Positions 28,455-39,994 are shown, numbered from the stretch's first letter. The stretch is 64,000 bases of DNA from Methanobacteriota archaeon (GCA_020696385.1 JAEHCQ010000001.1:640001-704000); one strand, 5' to 3'. Notes: a model not told the origin generated them from the sequence alone. Made by a program: numbers and translations.

Positions 28455-30596
28455 ATGGAAGACCCTCCGGCAGGACGCATCCAACAAGATGATGAAGAAA
28501 AGGATGAGAATTTCATAAGAGCGAATATCCTATCTGAATACGGGAACTACCAGAAAGCGATAGAATATTATGATAAGGCCTCGGACACACTTAAGGATAA
28601 TGATGTGCTCTTCAATAATTACGGTGTGGCACTGGATGCTCTGGGAAGGCATGAAGAGGCCATCGACATGTACGACAATGCTCTAGCCATATCAGCGGAT
28701 TATTCAATCGCCATGTACAATAAGGCAAATTCCCTGACATATCTGGGGGAACTGGATGAGGCACTGGACGTCTATGATCAGGTCATCGCTATTGACCCCG
28801 AATACATGCACGCTTATTATGACAAGGGACTGACATTATCGTCCCTTGGCAGACTGGACGAGGCACTGGAGCTTTATGATGAGATCATCGAACAGGACCC
28901 GGATATACCGGGGCCCTGGATGAGAAAGGGTCTATTACTGGATGCTCAGAGGGACTATGAGGCCGCATTGGAGCATTATGATGTGGCATTGGAGCTTAAC
29001 CCGGATAGTGAAGAGGCTTGGAATGGTAGAGGAAACACACTGTATAATCTCGAAAGGTTCGAGGAGGCCATCGAATCATACGACGAAGCTATTGATGTCA
29101 ATCCTCAAAGCGAGGAGGCTTGGAACAATAAAGGATTCACTTTCTTCATGCTGGGGCTTCATAATGAGGCTTTGAAAAGCTATGATATGGCCATTGATAT
29201 CAATCCGAATTACAAACAAGCCTGGTACAATAAAGGGTACACTTATCATGGAATTGGAAGACTGGAAGAGGCTGTGGAATGTTATGAGGAAGCTCTGAAA
29301 CTGGATCAGAGGGATGAGGTTCTGTGGAACAATATCGGAAATGCATTGTATAATCTTGATAGATGGCAGGAATCTATTCCTTATTTCGAAAAAGGGATAG
29401 AAGTATCGCCTGGCTATGAGATCGCCTGGAACAATATCGGAAATGCTTTGGATAAGATGGCGAAATATGCCGAGGCCCAGCCATACCATGATAAGGCTCT
29501 GGAATTCAAGCCAGATTTTGATTACGCGCTTTATGCGAAGGGATTTGGCCTTGCCAAATTGGGAGATATCGATTATGGATTGGAGCTCATGAACCAATCC
29601 CTCGAATTGAATCCCAATTACGATCATTCATGGCATGCGAAGGGCGAGGTCATGCACTGGATGGGGAAGAAAGAGGAGGCGATCGATGCCATAAATAATT
29701 CCATCATCCTCAACCCCATGTTCATCGAGGCCTGGATCGACAGAGGCAAAATATTCAAAGAAATAGGGAACTATGAGGAGGCGGAGATAAGCTTCAAGGA
29801 AGCATTGAACATTGTGGATAATCTCCTCATGTACGACCATATGGATATCTCCAACCTTGAGAAGAAGGCGGGGCTTTTGAGCACTCTCAAGAGATATGAG
29901 AGGGCGATGGTATGCTATGATCAGGCCATGGGGGCCGAGGATGCGGAGAAATTAAGGATCAAAAAGGCCGAACTCCTGATAACATTCGAGGAATATGATG
30001 AATTACTCGAATGGATCAATGAACTTCCAAATGAGGAAATAGACAGCCAGATATTGTACTTCAAAGCAAGGGCACTCCATGGCCTTGGTGAGATAGACAA
30101 GGCCTTGATCGCACTCACCAATAGCCTTGAAAAAAGTGGAAAGGAAGGATATGATGAAAATATCCATGTATTCAAGGCCAGGCTTCTTGCCGATATGGAG
30201 AGATATGAGGAGAGCATGGTGTGCTTTGCCAGAAAAGGTCTCGGCCCCTCAGCCTTGACTACGAGGGCGGAGATCGAGATGAAAATGGGAAACAATGCAG
30301 ATGCTTTACTATCCCTCGATAAAGCTTTATCAAAGGATAGTACCTGGCTGCCAGCCTGGAAGCTCATGGGCGAGATCGATATCATAAATGGAGATCATAA
30401 AAAAGCACTGGATACTTATGATAATATCCTGGGCATAGATGAGAATTATATATGGGCCTGGCTTGGAAAAGCAATAACATATTTCAAGATGGGGAAGGAT
30501 AAAAAAGCGATGAGCGCCCTTGACATAGTTCTTGATATGGATCCGGAATTGGAACAAGCTAATGATTTGAAAAATGAAATTTTAAAGGCCCGATGA
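28455..30596 (+). CDS. Long TPR-repeat protein
   Basis: Tandem 34-aa repeats (AWNNKG...YDxAIDINP) along nearly the whole length. Confidence 0.9.
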   Translation: MEDPPAGRIQQDDEEKDENFIRANILSEYGNYQKAIEYYDKASDTLKDNDVLFNNYGVALDALGRHEEAIDMYDNALAISADYSIAMYNKANSLTYLGELDEALDVYDQVIAIDPEYMHAYYDKGLTLSSLGRLDEALELYDEIIEQDPDIPGPWMRKGLLLDAQRDYEAALEHYDVALELNPDSEEAWNGRGNTLYNLERFEEAIESYDEAIDVNPQSEEAWNNKGFTFFMLGLHNEALKSYDMAIDINPNYKQAWYNKGYTYHGIGRLEEAVECYEEALKLDQRDEVLWNNIGNALYNLDRWQESIPYFEKGIEVSPGYEIAWNNIGNALDKMAKYAEAQPYHDKALEFKPDFDYALYAKGFGLAKLGDIDYGLELMNQSLELNPNYDHSWHAKGEVMHWMGKKEEAIDAINNSIILNPMFIEAWIDRGKIFKEIGNYEEAEISFKEALNIVDNLLMYDHMDISNLEKKAGLLSTLKRYERAMVCYDQAMGAEDAEKLRIKKAELLITFEEYDELLEWINELPNEEIDSQILYFKARALHGLGEIDKALIALTNSLEKSGKEGYDENIHVFKARLLADMERYEESMVCFARKGLGPSALTTRAEIEMKMGNNADALLSLDKALSKDSTWLPAWKLMGEIDIINGDHKKALDTYDNILGIDENYIWAWLGKAITYFKMGKDKKAMSALDIVLDMDPELEQANDLKNEILKAR

Positions 30597-30623
30597 ACTT
30601 GAGCCTTTAAACATTAAATTGAC

Positions 30624-30941
30624 TCAGTCTGTGGTTCTGAGTATTATTTCTATATTAACGCCGTCTGGAACCTGGATCCTCATGAGCGCTCTAAGAGCTC
30701 TCTCATCCGCATCCAGATCTATAAGGCGTTTGTGCACACGCATTTCCCAGCGTTCCCATGTTTCGGAACCCTCACCATCTGGTGATTTCCTGCATGGAAC
30801 TATGAGGCGTTTTGTTGGCAATGGTATTGGACCACTCATGGCAACGCCTGTTCTCTCAGATATATTCTTTATCTGGATACAGACACTGTCCACCTTCTCA
30901 GGGTCAGTGCCACTAAGTGAGATCCTTGCTTTTTGAGACAA
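30624..30941 (-). CDS. rps10: 30S ribosomal protein uS10
   Basis: [40 protein letters not shown]. Confidence 0.97.
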   Translation of the reverse strand: MSQKARISLSGTDPEKVDSVCIQIKNISERTGVAMSGPIPLPTKRLIVPCRKSPDGEGSETWERWEMRVHKRLIDLDADERALRALMRIQVPDGVNIEIILRTTD

Positions 30942-30984
30942 ACTTACACCCCGTCAAACAAAAAAAGAAAAGGGAAGGAGATCC

Positions 30985-32259
30985 TTACATCTCCTTCTTT
31001 TCTACATCTATGCACATTCCAGCTGCAACAGTCTGACCCATGTCCCTGATGGCGAATCTTCCCAACTGTGGGAATTCCTTTGCCTTCTCAATGACGAATG
31101 GTCTTGACGGCTGCAACTTGACTATTGCTGCATCTCCGGTCTTGAGGAACTGTGGGTTCTCCTCGCTCACTTCACCAGTCCTTGGGTCGAGCTTCTTCTG
31201 AAGTTCGATAAAGGTACATGCGACCTGAGCTGTGTGGCAGTGGAACACTGGTGTGTAACCGACTGTCAGAACCGACGGGTGGTTAAGAACCATGATCTGA
31301 GCAGTGAAGGTCTTTGCCACGGACGGTGGGTTGTCCACTGGTCCAGCGACATCCCCTCTGCGGATATCGTTCTTTCCAATTCCTCTAACATTGAATCCAA
31401 CATTGTCACCTGGCTCTGCCTTTGGCAGAATTTCGTGGTGCATTTCGATCGACTTTACTTCGCCGACCTTGTTAGATGGCATGAAGACCAGCTTCATATC
31501 TGGCTTCAATGTACCTGTCTCCACCCTACCGACCGGAACTGTTCCGATACCTGTGATGGTATAGACATCCTGAACTGGAACCCTAAGTGCGAGGTTTGTG
31601 GATTTTGGAGGCTCTTTGAGATCATTGAGCTGCTGCAACAGAGTGTTGCCCTTATACCAACCAGCCATCTCGCCAGCGTCCTTTGCTGCATTGTCGCCCT
31701 TGATAGCACTGACTGGAACAAAGTTCACCTGGTCATCCTTGTAACCAACTGACTTTACCAGCTTTGTGACTTCCTCAACGACTGCTTTGTATTTGGCCTC
31801 ATCATAGCCAATTGCATCCATCTTGTTGATGGCGACAATAAGCTGTGCGACACCCAAAGTCCTTGCAAGGAACACGTGCTCCTTTGTCTGAGCCATGACA
31901 CCTTCTGGTCCGGCAACGACCAGCACTGCGGCATCTGCCTGGCTGGTACCGGTTATCATGTTCTTGACGAAATCCCTGTGACCAGGTGCGTCAATAATTG
32001 TGAAATAGTACTTTTCGCTCATGAACTTCTTGTGAGCCACATCTATGGTCACACCTCTTTCCCTTTCTTCCTTGAGGCCGTCCATGACCCAGGCAAATTC
32101 GAAACTTGCCTTGCCTTTCTCTTCGGCTTCCTTTCTGTATTTGTCAATTATATGCTGCTCGATAGTACCTGTGTCCAGGAGCATACGACCTACAAGGGTC
32201 GACTTTCCGTGGTCCACGTGTCCTATGAAGACTATGTTTAAATGCGGTTTTTCTGCCAT
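30985..32259 (-). CDS. tuf: Translation elongation factor EF-1alpha
   Basis: [45 protein letters not shown]. Confidence 0.98.
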   Translation of the reverse strand: MAEKPHLNIVFIGHVDHGKSTLVGRMLLDTGTIEQHIIDKYRKEAEEKGKASFEFAWVMDGLKEERERGVTIDVAHKKFMSEKYYFTIIDAPGHRDFVKNMITGTSQADAAVLVVAGPEGVMAQTKEHVFLARTLGVAQLIVAINKMDAIGYDEAKYKAVVEEVTKLVKSVGYKDDQVNFVPVSAIKGDNAAKDAGEMAGWYKGNTLLQQLNDLKEPPKSTNLALRVPVQDVYTITGIGTVPVGRVETGTLKPDMKLVFMPSNKVGEVKSIEMHHEILPKAEPGDNVGFNVRGIGKNDIRRGDVAGPVDNPPSVAKTFTAQIMVLNHPSVLTVGYTPVFHCHTAQVACTFIELQKKLDPRTGEVSEENPQFLKTGDAAIVKLQPSRPFVIEKAKEFPQLGRFAIRDMGQTVAAGMCIDVEKKEM

Positions 32260-32321
32260 TTTATTTCCTCCAATGGTTTTCTGTCCCTATATCTATTTAA
32301 TATATATTCTTTTCTTAGCTA

Positions 32322-34523
32322 TTATGCTGATGAATAGTAGTGCTCATCGTATGGCTCAGGCTTGAGTCCCTTTCGTGTTCTTATCTTGGCTACAACGTCC
32401 TGCTGCAATTCCCTGGGTATCCTTTCGAATCCACAGTTCTCAGTAGACCAGGATGCCCTTCCGCCTGTTACGCTTCTCATATCATTGGAGAAGCCGAACA
32501 TCTCGGCGACTGGAGCTTTGGACTTGATCACTGTCAGATCTCCATCCTGTTCCATATCCTCGATCACTGCTCGCCTCTGTTGCATCTCACTGGTTGCGCC
32601 TCCCATGACGTCCTGTGGTACACTCACGTATACCATCTGTTTGGGTTCCTGAAGAGTTCTACCTGCAATACACATTGCACCATAGATCGCCTGTCTTACA
32701 GCTGGAATTACCTGGGCTGGACCTCTGTGTATGGTATCCTCGTGAAGTTTCGCATCCATGAGCTTGACCTTCACTCCCATGACCTTTTCCTCGGCCAATG
32801 GACCACGGACCATGGCCTCTTTGAAAGCTTCCTTGCACAATTCCATTGTTTCGTGAAGGTTCTGAACTCCCTTTGAGCCATCTATCAAAACATTGGATCC
32901 TTCAAAGACAACGAGCTTCTTTGCTTCTTCCTTTGTCAAGCCCATTTCCTGAAGCTGAGCACCCAATACTTTACTGTCCTTGATCTTTCCTTCCACCTGT
33001 ATAGTACCCTCTCGGATCGCCTTGACGATCTCTTCTTCCAGAGGAGACACGGTTATGAAAAATCTGTTGTGCTTGTTCGGTGATTTGCCTTCGAATGGGC
33101 CTGCTGGCTTATCGATGCATTCTCTGTAAACAACGATCGGTGGTGAAGACTGGATCTCCACATCGTATTCGTTCTTGATCCTGTATTCTGTTATCTCAAG
33201 GTGAAGTTCTCCCATACCGGACATCAAATGCTCCCCGGTCTCCTTGTTGATATCAACTTGAATAGATGGATCTGCTTTTGCAACGGACCTGAGCACATCG
33301 ACCAGTTTTGGAAGGTCCCTCATGTGCTTTGCCTCGATAGCGACTGTGACCACAGGTTCTGAGTAGTGCACGATCTTCTCGAAAGCTTCCATATCCGGGT
33401 TATCTGCTACTGTTGATCCAGCGATCGCATCCTTCAATCCATTGACAGCGACGATATTACCTGCGTCAATTTCATCAACAGCTATCCTATCAGATCCTAC
33501 ACAGAGTGAAACTTGCTGCACTCTGTTTGGATTTGGCATACCAAGAACATGTAATGTCTGTCCTCTCTTGATACTTCCACTGTACATCCTTCCAATAGCT
33601 ATCTCTCCCGCGTGGGGATCCATGATTATCTTGGTCACCATGAGAGCGACGGGTCCTTTTCCGTCACATTTCATCATGCTCTGGCCTACCTCGGATTCTA
33701 TGTCTCCGTGCCAGATATTTGGGATCCTACGGTTCTGCGCAATGATCGGGTCTGGACAATGCTCGATAACCATATCCAGAAGGATCTGGTGAATAGGAGC
33801 CTTCTTTGAAAGATCTCTCTGCTCATCTTTGTCACAGAAATCATAGATATCCTTGAAACTGATTCCGGATTCCTTCATGAAAGGAACGGATATGGCCCAA
33901 TTGTGGTAGGCGGAACCAAAGGCAACACTGCCATCATCCACCTTGAGGCCCCAGTCCTTCTTGAACTCTGGAGGGACCATCTTCATTATGAGGTCATTGA
34001 CGTTCTTGATGATCTTTATGAAACGCTCCTGCATTTGCTCGGGGGTGACCTGCAGCTCATTGATGAGCCTGTCAACCTTGTTTATGAAGAGGAGAGGTCT
34101 GACCCTCTCTTTCAGGGATTGCCTGATAACTGTCTCTGTCTGAGGCATGATTCCCTCAACAGCACAGACCACGACTATAGACCCATCAACAGCTCTCATT
34201 GCCCTTGTGACGTCCCCGCCGAAATCTACGTGGCCAGGTGTATCAATAAGGTTAATAAGAAATTCCTTGTCGCCGTATGCGTGAACCATAGATGCATTGG
34301 CTGCGTTAATGGTTATACCACGTGCCTGCTCCTGCTCATCGAAATCAAGAAGCAGTTGCTTTCCGGCCAATTCCTCTGACATCATACCGGCCCCGGCTAT
34401 GAGATTGTCACTCAATGTGGTTTTACCATGGTCTATGTGAGCGGCTATTCCGATGTTCCTGATCATCGAGTGCTGAGTCATCAGTGCCTGGGCTTTCTTA
34501 ATATTGTCTTCTTTTCGTCCCAT
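32322..34523 (-). CDS. fusA: Translation elongation factor EF-2
   Basis: [28 protein letters not shown] and diphthamide loop [11 protein letters not shown]. Confidence 0.98.
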   Translation of the reverse strand: MGRKEDNIKKAQALMTQHSMIRNIGIAAHIDHGKTTLSDNLIAGAGMMSEELAGKQLLLDFDEQEQARGITINAANASMVHAYGDKEFLINLIDTPGHVDFGGDVTRAMRAVDGSIVVVCAVEGIMPQTETVIRQSLKERVRPLLFINKVDRLINELQVTPEQMQERFIKIIKNVNDLIMKMVPPEFKKDWGLKVDDGSVAFGSAYHNWAISVPFMKESGISFKDIYDFCDKDEQRDLSKKAPIHQILLDMVIEHCPDPIIAQNRRIPNIWHGDIESEVGQSMMKCDGKGPVALMVTKIIMDPHAGEIAIGRMYSGSIKRGQTLHVLGMPNPNRVQQVSLCVGSDRIAVDEIDAGNIVAVNGLKDAIAGSTVADNPDMEAFEKIVHYSEPVVTVAIEAKHMRDLPKLVDVLRSVAKADPSIQVDINKETGEHLMSGMGELHLEITEYRIKNEYDVEIQSSPPIVVYRECIDKPAGPFEGKSPNKHNRFFITVSPLEEEIVKAIREGTIQVEGKIKDSKVLGAQLQEMGLTKEEAKKLVVFEGSNVLIDGSKGVQNLHETMELCKEAFKEAMVRGPLAEEKVMGVKVKLMDAKLHEDTIHRGPAQVIPAVRQAIYGAMCIAGRTLQEPKQMVYVSVPQDVMGGATSEMQQRRAVIEDMEQDGDLTVIKSKAPVAEMFGFSNDMRSVTGGRASWSTENCGFERIPRELQQDVVAKIRTRKGLKPEPYDEHYYSSA

Positions 34524-34564
34524 ATCTATACTTCCTTTAATTTATAGTATATATTATTGAATCA

Positions 34565-35521
34565 TTATCTTGCAGAAGCTGCAACACGTTCGAGCTCTTC
34601 TTTCTTAGATACAGAGAAGCTGTTCATGTCCTTCTTAGAGGCCAGAACGATCTCATTGGCGAGGCATACTTCGATGGATTTCGAGTTCTTGTAGGATGAT
34701 TTAACAGCTCCCTTACAGATATTCCTGAAGGCTATATCCAGTCTTCTGGATGAGCTTGTATCCACTGCCTTTGGAACAGATATTCCACCATATCTCAGCC
34801 TGGTAACTTCTTCTCTGGGTGCGGCGTTCTCCAATGCATCGACAAGTACCTGGACAGGATGTGCCTTGGTTCTCTTCTCGATTATATCGAATGCATCCCT
34901 AACAACCTTGTAGCCCTTTGTTTTCTTTCCTGTGTACTCTTCGGTCCTCATGAGGTTGTTCAGTAATCTTTCGATGATATGGAGCTTGGTCTTTCCGAAC
35001 CACTTGTTGGCATGCTTGGCGCCTGTGTGCGGCACTATTATAGGATCTATATTCAGATACTTTTCTAGGCCTGGATCGTGCACGACCACTTCTGATAAAT
35101 TGTATTTACCGAACAGAAGCACTTTTTCTGGGGGCAGGCCAACAACCTTCTTTGGGCCTTTTGCTTTTGGTGCCTCTTCTGGCTTTGATTCTCCTTCGGC
35201 AACTGGTTCGGGAGTTGGTTCCAACTCAGCAGCTGGCTTCTCTTCTTTGGCCTCTGCCTTGGGTTTAGCCTTTGGTTTCTTAGCAGCTGGCTTCTCTTCT
35301 TTGACCTCTGCCTTGGGTTCTTCCTTGGCTGGCTTGGCAGCTGGCTTCTTTTCCTTGACCTCCGCCTTGGCTTCTTCCTTTACAGGTTCAGCAGCCTTGG
35401 GTTCTTTCTTGACCTCTGGAGCTGGCTCGGCAACTGGCTCTGCCTTGGGTGCTTCTTCCGCCTTGGGTTTAGCCTCGACAGGCTCTTCTTTTTTCTCTTC
35501 TGTCTTAATCTCATCGGCCAT
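34565..35521 (-). CDS. rps7: 30S ribosomal protein uS7 with long low-complexity N-terminal extension
   Basis: C-terminal core ENAAPREE...VPKAVD...KKEELERVAASAR. GGTGA precedes the ATG at 35521. Confidence 0.95.
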   Translation of the reverse strand: MADEIKTEEKKEEPVEAKPKAEEAPKAEPVAEPAPEVKKEPKAAEPVKEEAKAEVKEKKPAAKPAKEEPKAEVKEEKPAAKKPKAKPKAEAKEEKPAAELEPTPEPVAEGESKPEEAPKAKGPKKVVGLPPEKVLLFGKYNLSEVVVHDPGLEKYLNIDPIIVPHTGAKHANKWFGKTKLHIIERLLNNLMRTEEYTGKKTKGYKVVRDAFDIIEKRTKAHPVQVLVDALENAAPREEVTRLRYGGISVPKAVDTSSSRRLDIAFRNICKGAVKSSYKNSKSIEVCLANEIVLASKKDMNSFSVSKKEELERVAASAR

Positions 35522-35526
35522 AATAA

Positions 35527-35955
35527 TCACCTAACTGGCTTCTCCTTTCTACCGCGTACCATCTCATCAAGAGATACACTATTAACTTGGATGACCTTGA
35601 ATCTGACTCCAGGAATATCACCGTAAGAACGACCCATCCTACCGCCGATTCCTTCCACGAGAACTTCATCGTGTTCATCAATAAAATTAATTGCTCCATC
35701 ACCAACAGCGAAAGCAGTGATCTGCCTTCCGTTCTTAATGAGCTGGACCTTGACACACTTCCTGATAGCGGAGTTGGGCTGTTTAGCCTCGATACCCACC
35801 TTCTCCAGGACTATGCCTCTGGCCTGAGCTGAACCCTCGAGGGGGTCAGCCTTCTCCTTAAGACGTTCTACCCTGGTCCTGTATTTTCTGTCGCTCCAGC
35901 GGAACTTCTGTCGGTCGTTCTTCAGTTTCCTTGCAGTATTCAATCCTCTAGCCAA
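35527..35955 (-). CDS. rps12: 30S ribosomal protein uS12
   Basis: [17 protein letters not shown] and [10 protein letters not shown]; GGTG before a TTG start. Confidence 0.97.
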   Translation of the reverse strand: MARGLNTARKLKNDRQKFRWSDRKYRTRVERLKEKADPLEGSAQARGIVLEKVGIEAKQPNSAIRKCVKVQLIKNGRQITAFAVGDGAINFIDEHDEVLVEGIGGRMGRSYGDIPGVRFKVIQVNSVSLDEMVRGRKEKPVR

Positions 35956-36136
35956 TTTTAACACCTTTTTATATTGGAAAGTAGGAGGACAAAGAGCTTT
36001 TTATATATATTACTAACTGAGTGTGATAATATAATATTTTTAGATATCTGGCTATGCCTTTTTTACCATAAATAATGAAATCTAGGCCAAAGATTGAAAT
36101 ATCATCCTTGATTTACAGTGTTTTGGTGAAAATAAT

Positions 36137-36262
36137 ATGGGTTGTCAATTAGGATTAGAACCAGCACAGCACGGTAGATGTGATAGATGGGTTGGCACGC
36201 ACGGAATGTCATCTCAACCCACCCTTGGAAACATCTGCGAGTATTGCACGTATAATCAATAA
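36137..36262 (+). CDS. Small 41-aa Cys-containing protein (absent from the ORF track)
   Basis: MGCQLGLEPAQHGRCDRWVGTHGMSSQPTLGNICEYCTYNQ*, with a GGTGA Shine-Dalgarno at 36125-36129. It ends 18 nt before the GNAT gene. Confidence 0.55.
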   Translation: MGCQLGLEPAQHGRCDRWVGTHGMSSQPTLGNICEYCTYNQ

Positions 36263-36280
36263 ATACCGGCGAGTGACCGT

Positions 36281-37207
36281 ATGCTGGGACTTGAGATATC
36301 AGAGCTGAAAAATGAAGAAATAGATGATCTCAGGCATATGCAGGCATTAGTCTGGCAGGATCATTTTTTGAAGGAAAGAGGGCAGGAAGTTCCCTTGCTA
36401 TATAGAAGTCGTAAGAATATAGAATCATATATGACTAAGAAGGGTGGATTTTGCTTTGTGGCCAGGATAAATGGTAAGATCATTGGATCCATAATCTGTC
36501 ATACCTGGGGCAGTGTTGGATGGTTTGGCCCCTTCGAGGTGCTTCCCGAGTACCAGAATAGAGGAATAGGCAAGGAGCTGGTCAAGCACGCCATGAACTT
36601 TTTGAATGAAAGCCGATGCTCAACGACGGGATTGGAAACAATGAGTGGAAGTGCCAGAAATGTGGCATTTTACACAAAATATGGCTTCAAATCGAAGAAA
36701 TTATCCTATGTCCTTTTCAAGGATCTGGAAGCTCGAGCTGGCCAGACAGACAAATCATTGATCGCGAGAAAGATAGGACGCGAGGATATTCCAAGGCTCA
36801 GGCCAGCATGGGAAAGGATAGAGCATGGATTGGACTATTCGGCAGAGATACATGCCACAGAAGATCATGAGTTGGGCGAGATGTGGGAATTCGATGATGG
36901 AACGGACTTTCCGAACCACGCGATCCTTCACACATACGAGCTGATAGATGGTAGCATGAACACACTTATGAAATTATTAGTGGCCGATAAAAAAGAGACC
37001 GCACTGGCCATGCTCGCCTGGTTCGAAGAAAGAACACAGAATCTCGGTAAAAAAGGAATATTTCTCAGGTATTATCAGGGAACCGGGCTGGAACTGGCAG
37101 ACCTGCTTGATCAAGGATACATGTTGAATGGCACCCTCATCAGGATGCAGATGTTGGGTGATGGTGAGGATACGGAACTCGCCCATATTTCCTGCTGGTC
37201 TGGATGA
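36281..37207 (+). CDS. GNAT family N-acetyltransferase
   Basis: Acetyl-CoA motif VLPEYQNRGIGKELV and NVAFYTKYGF. Confidence 0.85.
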   Translation: MLGLEISELKNEEIDDLRHMQALVWQDHFLKERGQEVPLLYRSRKNIESYMTKKGGFCFVARINGKIIGSIICHTWGSVGWFGPFEVLPEYQNRGIGKELVKHAMNFLNESRCSTTGLETMSGSARNVAFYTKYGFKSKKLSYVLFKDLEARAGQTDKSLIARKIGREDIPRLRPAWERIEHGLDYSAEIHATEDHELGEMWEFDDGTDFPNHAILHTYELIDGSMNTLMKLLVADKKETALAMLAWFEERTQNLGKKGIFLRYYQGTGLELADLLDQGYMLNGTLIRMQMLGDGEDTELAHISCWSG

Positions 37208-37274
37208 AGGCGGCAGAACTTCTGAGTGAAAAATAAGCGACGATTTCAAATATCACAAAACATATCGCCCTCGG

Positions 37275-37907
37275 ATGAGTGATTTGGATATCGGTTTCAA
37301 GGAAATATCAGAGGTCCACCGGAGCGAAAAGCGGAGCAAGACATTGACAAAATTGCCCCACTTGTTTTACGATCTGGCAGGGGAGCATTTGGAGCTTCTC
37401 AAGGACCAGTATAAAGAAAAAGCCAGGAACCCATCCAGTACCGACGCGCTGATCCACCAGGATAATATTAAAAAGATCAATAAAAGACTGTGTCAGATCT
37501 ACGATCTTCGTGAGCGGAAGATCGTAATTGCCGCTCTCAATGGAGTGGAAGGTAGCCAACCACCCAAAGACATGACCAAAACTGAAGCGAAAATGTACAC
37601 CGAGGTGATCTCCACTTTGAAGAGGTTCAGGGAATGTCCGATCGATGAGCCAGTGGAGGTTCAGACATCGATCACCAGCAAGCCCGCGCCCACTGTGATA
37701 GAACCAGTGGCTGCCAAGGGCGGCTTCCCCGAAGAGGAAGTGAAAAAGGAATCCGTCACCTGCCTGGTCAGGGTATTGGAAGAGGTTCCGCCATTTGTCG
37801 ATGTGGACCAGACCTACAATCTGAAAAAAGAAGATGTGGTCACCCTACCCGAAAAATTCGCCAGAATACTCTCACTTAAGGGAGCGGTGAAGATACTGGA
37901 TATTTGA
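37275..37907 (+). CDS. DNA replication complex GINS subunit (Gins51-type)
   Basis: LTKLPHLFY, RERKIV and C-terminal B-domain VRVLEEVPPFVDVDQTYNLKKEDVVTLP. Confidence 0.85.
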   Translation: MSDLDIGFKEISEVHRSEKRSKTLTKLPHLFYDLAGEHLELLKDQYKEKARNPSSTDALIHQDNIKKINKRLCQIYDLRERKIVIAALNGVEGSQPPKDMTKTEAKMYTEVISTLKRFRECPIDEPVEVQTSITSKPAPTVIEPVAAKGGFPEEEVKKESVTCLVRVLEEVPPFVDVDQTYNLKKEDVVTLPEKFARILSLKGAVKILDI

Positions 37908-37957
37908 TCATCCAGTACGATGGGCTCTTATTCCCACTTATTCTCATTTTGTAGATA

Positions 37958-38749
37958 TTATTTATTGATCTTTCCGGCTGGTGAAAGATATACTGTGAAC
38001 TCGTCCTCGCCATCCACACCTATTATTCCATCCATTAGTTTCTGGTCATAGGCCGCGATACCGCACGCACCTGCACCGATGGCTTCGCATGCCAGGTAGA
38101 GATTCTGGCATACGTGACCAGCCTCGATAGCGATGTCCTTATGAGCCACAATGCTGTATCTCCATTCGGCCCGATATGGAACCGCGGCCCAGATAAAGGT
38201 GGCCGCGCATTTTCCCACAAAGCTCTGACCATAGGATGCTTCCTTCACCTTCTGCTGCTGGTCGGGTATTTCATCCTTGATCAACAACAGCTTATGTTCA
38301 ATAGGGATGTATCTGTAAATTCCAGGCTCGAGACCATCCACCCAGTTGACTGCCAGATATGTTTCAAAGGGTTGGCGTGCGCCTCCAGAAGGAACAGTTC
38401 TTTTCGTCCAGACCTTGCTACCATCTACTTCCCGCACACCCTGTGTGGCCCATAGAAGGAAAGATAATTCTTCCATTGTGAGAGGTGTTTCCGTGAAAGA
38501 GCGGCGGCTTCTCCTATCGCCGATCACTTTAGCGATAGGCGTCTGGCCAATGCTCTCGAATGGAGGATGTACCAGATCTATTAATTCGGCATTATCCGGA
38601 TAAGGCTTTTGAAGAGGTGGTGGAGCGATACCTTTCCCCTGATCGGATTCGAAATCAGCATCATCGCCATCCAATAGTTCCCAGTCCAAGGCCTTGATGG
38701 CCTCCCTGTTCTTCCTGATCATCTCTTCTTTCTTGTTCAATTTTACCAC
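37958..38749 (-). CDS. SagB/ThcOx-type nitroreductase family protein
   Basis: RRSRRSF, LSFLLWATQG, RTVPSGGARQP, EAGHVCQNLYL. Confidence 0.88.
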   Translation of the reverse strand: MVKLNKKEEMIRKNREAIKALDWELLDGDDADFESDQGKGIAPPPLQKPYPDNAELIDLVHPPFESIGQTPIAKVIGDRRSRRSFTETPLTMEELSFLLWATQGVREVDGSKVWTKRTVPSGGARQPFETYLAVNWVDGLEPGIYRYIPIEHKLLLIKDEIPDQQQKVKEASYGQSFVGKCAATFIWAAVPYRAEWRYSIVAHKDIAIEAGHVCQNLYLACEAIGAGACGIAAYDQKLMDGIIGVDGEDEFTVYLSPAGKINK

Positions 38750-38756
38750 CTTTGTT

Positions 38757-38793
38757 TTGCTAATGACTCAGGATGACCCCAAGTCATTAGCAA
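38757..38793. other. 12-bp inverted repeat between the YkgJ and SagB genes
   Basis: TTGCTAATGACT-13 nt-AGTCATTAGCAA. Confidence 0.6.
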
Positions 38794-38802
38794 TTTTTCC
38801 TT

Positions 38803-39177
38803 TCATCTTCTATGTTTTCTCTCATCCTTCAGTTTCCTTACGAGGGCCATGATGATATCCTTATCATGGCTTGTTGGCTCCATCTCGTCGATATGAGGGC
38901 ATTCGTCATCCAGCACCGCCCCGGTATCATCATCGTACAGAAGGGGATAGCTCCTACACCCTTCTGGCCGTACCTCGTAGATGGTGCAAAGACGACCATC
39001 GTGAAAGACGCATAGACCATTACGATTCCTCAATTGCAGCCAGTGATCGACCTCGACAGCGAAATCATCATATGTATTTCCCATTGCCATTATGCGTTTG
39101 ATATCCATCTCCGAGAGGGGCATCTCCGTGTCCTGGCAACATCGAATGCAATTTTGTTCCGTGCAGGGGTATTTCAT
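38803..39177 (-). CDS. YkgJ family Cys-cluster protein
   Basis: CxxxxCxxCC, CVF, CTIYEVRPEGCRSYP. Confidence 0.85.
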   Translation of the reverse strand: MKYPCTEQNCIRCCQDTEMPLSEMDIKRIMAMGNTYDDFAVEVDHWLQLRNRNGLCVFHDGRLCTIYEVRPEGCRSYPLLYDDDTGAVLDDECPHIDEMEPTSHDKDIIMALVRKLKDERKHRR

Positions 39178-39361
39178 ATTGATCATGCCCTATATACTAA
39201 GGATAATATAGATACATAACTGAGAATATATAAATGATTATATTCAATATTGTATGTTATTCTTTTTCTATAATCGCATTCGTAGCAATCCTTAATTAAT
39301 CGGAATGTGGTTTACCTCGTCCTGGAGATGAGAGGTGTTTCATCTCCGGGACGTGACGAAG

Positions 39362-39916
39362 ATGGCGAAGAAAACTGGCATCGACAGGGATAAACTGGCA
39401 TTGGTGATAATAGATATTCAGGACAAGCTTTTTCCAAACATTCATGAAAAAGAAAATGTGGTGGAGAATGTGATCAAATTGATAGAATTCTCGAAGATAA
39501 TAGGAATTCCGATCATCCTTTCTGAGCAATATCCAAGAGGTTTGGGTGGGACATTGAATGAGATACAGCAGGTTCTTGACGAATACCAGCCGCATGAGAA
39601 GACCACCTTCAGCTGTTGTGGAGAAAACGGAATAGAAGACAAATTACTGGAGCTGGGGGCGACGACCATCGCCATCACGGGTATCGAATGCCATGTGTGT
39701 GTTTTCCAAACCACCAGGGATCTGCTGACTCGAGGATACGATGTCCACGTGATCAGTGACGGTGTTTCTTCAAGAATATCGGAGAACAAGAAAGTGGGTT
39801 TGGATCGCATGAGGGTACTGGGTGCGACAATATCCAGCACGGAGATGTTCATGTTCGAAGTGATGGAAAAGGCTGGAACTCAAGAATTCAAAGATGTGGC
39901 TCCACTCTTGAAATGA
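39362..39916 (+). CDS. Isochorismatase-like hydrolase
   Basis: IDIQDKL, EQYPRGLGGT, KTTFSC, GIECHVCV. Confidence 0.9.
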   Translation: MAKKTGIDRDKLALVIIDIQDKLFPNIHEKENVVENVIKLIEFSKIIGIPIILSEQYPRGLGGTLNEIQQVLDEYQPHEKTTFSCCGENGIEDKLLELGATTIAITGIECHVCVFQTTRDLLTRGYDVHVISDGVSSRISENKKVGLDRMRVLGATISSTEMFMFEVMEKAGTQEFKDVAPLLK

Positions 39917-39935
39917 TGTTGATGGAAGGATAAAA

Positions 39936-39972
39936 CTGGGCTCAAATACATAGAGCCCAGGCTATTGTTTTA
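39936..39972. terminator. Hairpin between convergent genes
   Basis: CTGGGCTC-9 nt-GAGCCCAG followed by T-rich sequence. Confidence 0.5.
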
Positions 39973-39994
39973 ATAAAATAGGTTAAAAGATTGC

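Noticed and set aside
32322-34523. Diphthamide-less EF-2 paralog
   Set aside because: The canonical HRG motif is present and the gene sits in the str operon.
35956-36130. Absence of rpo/rpl30e/nusA upstream of rps12
   Set aside because: As I recall, separation of the str cluster from the RNA polymerase operon is already known in Thermoplasmata.
36137-38749. RiPP (azole) cluster from small Cys peptide, GNAT and SagB
   Set aside because: There is no YcaO or E1-like cyclodehydratase, SagB is on the opposite strand beyond GINS, and stand-alone SagB-like genes are common in archaea.
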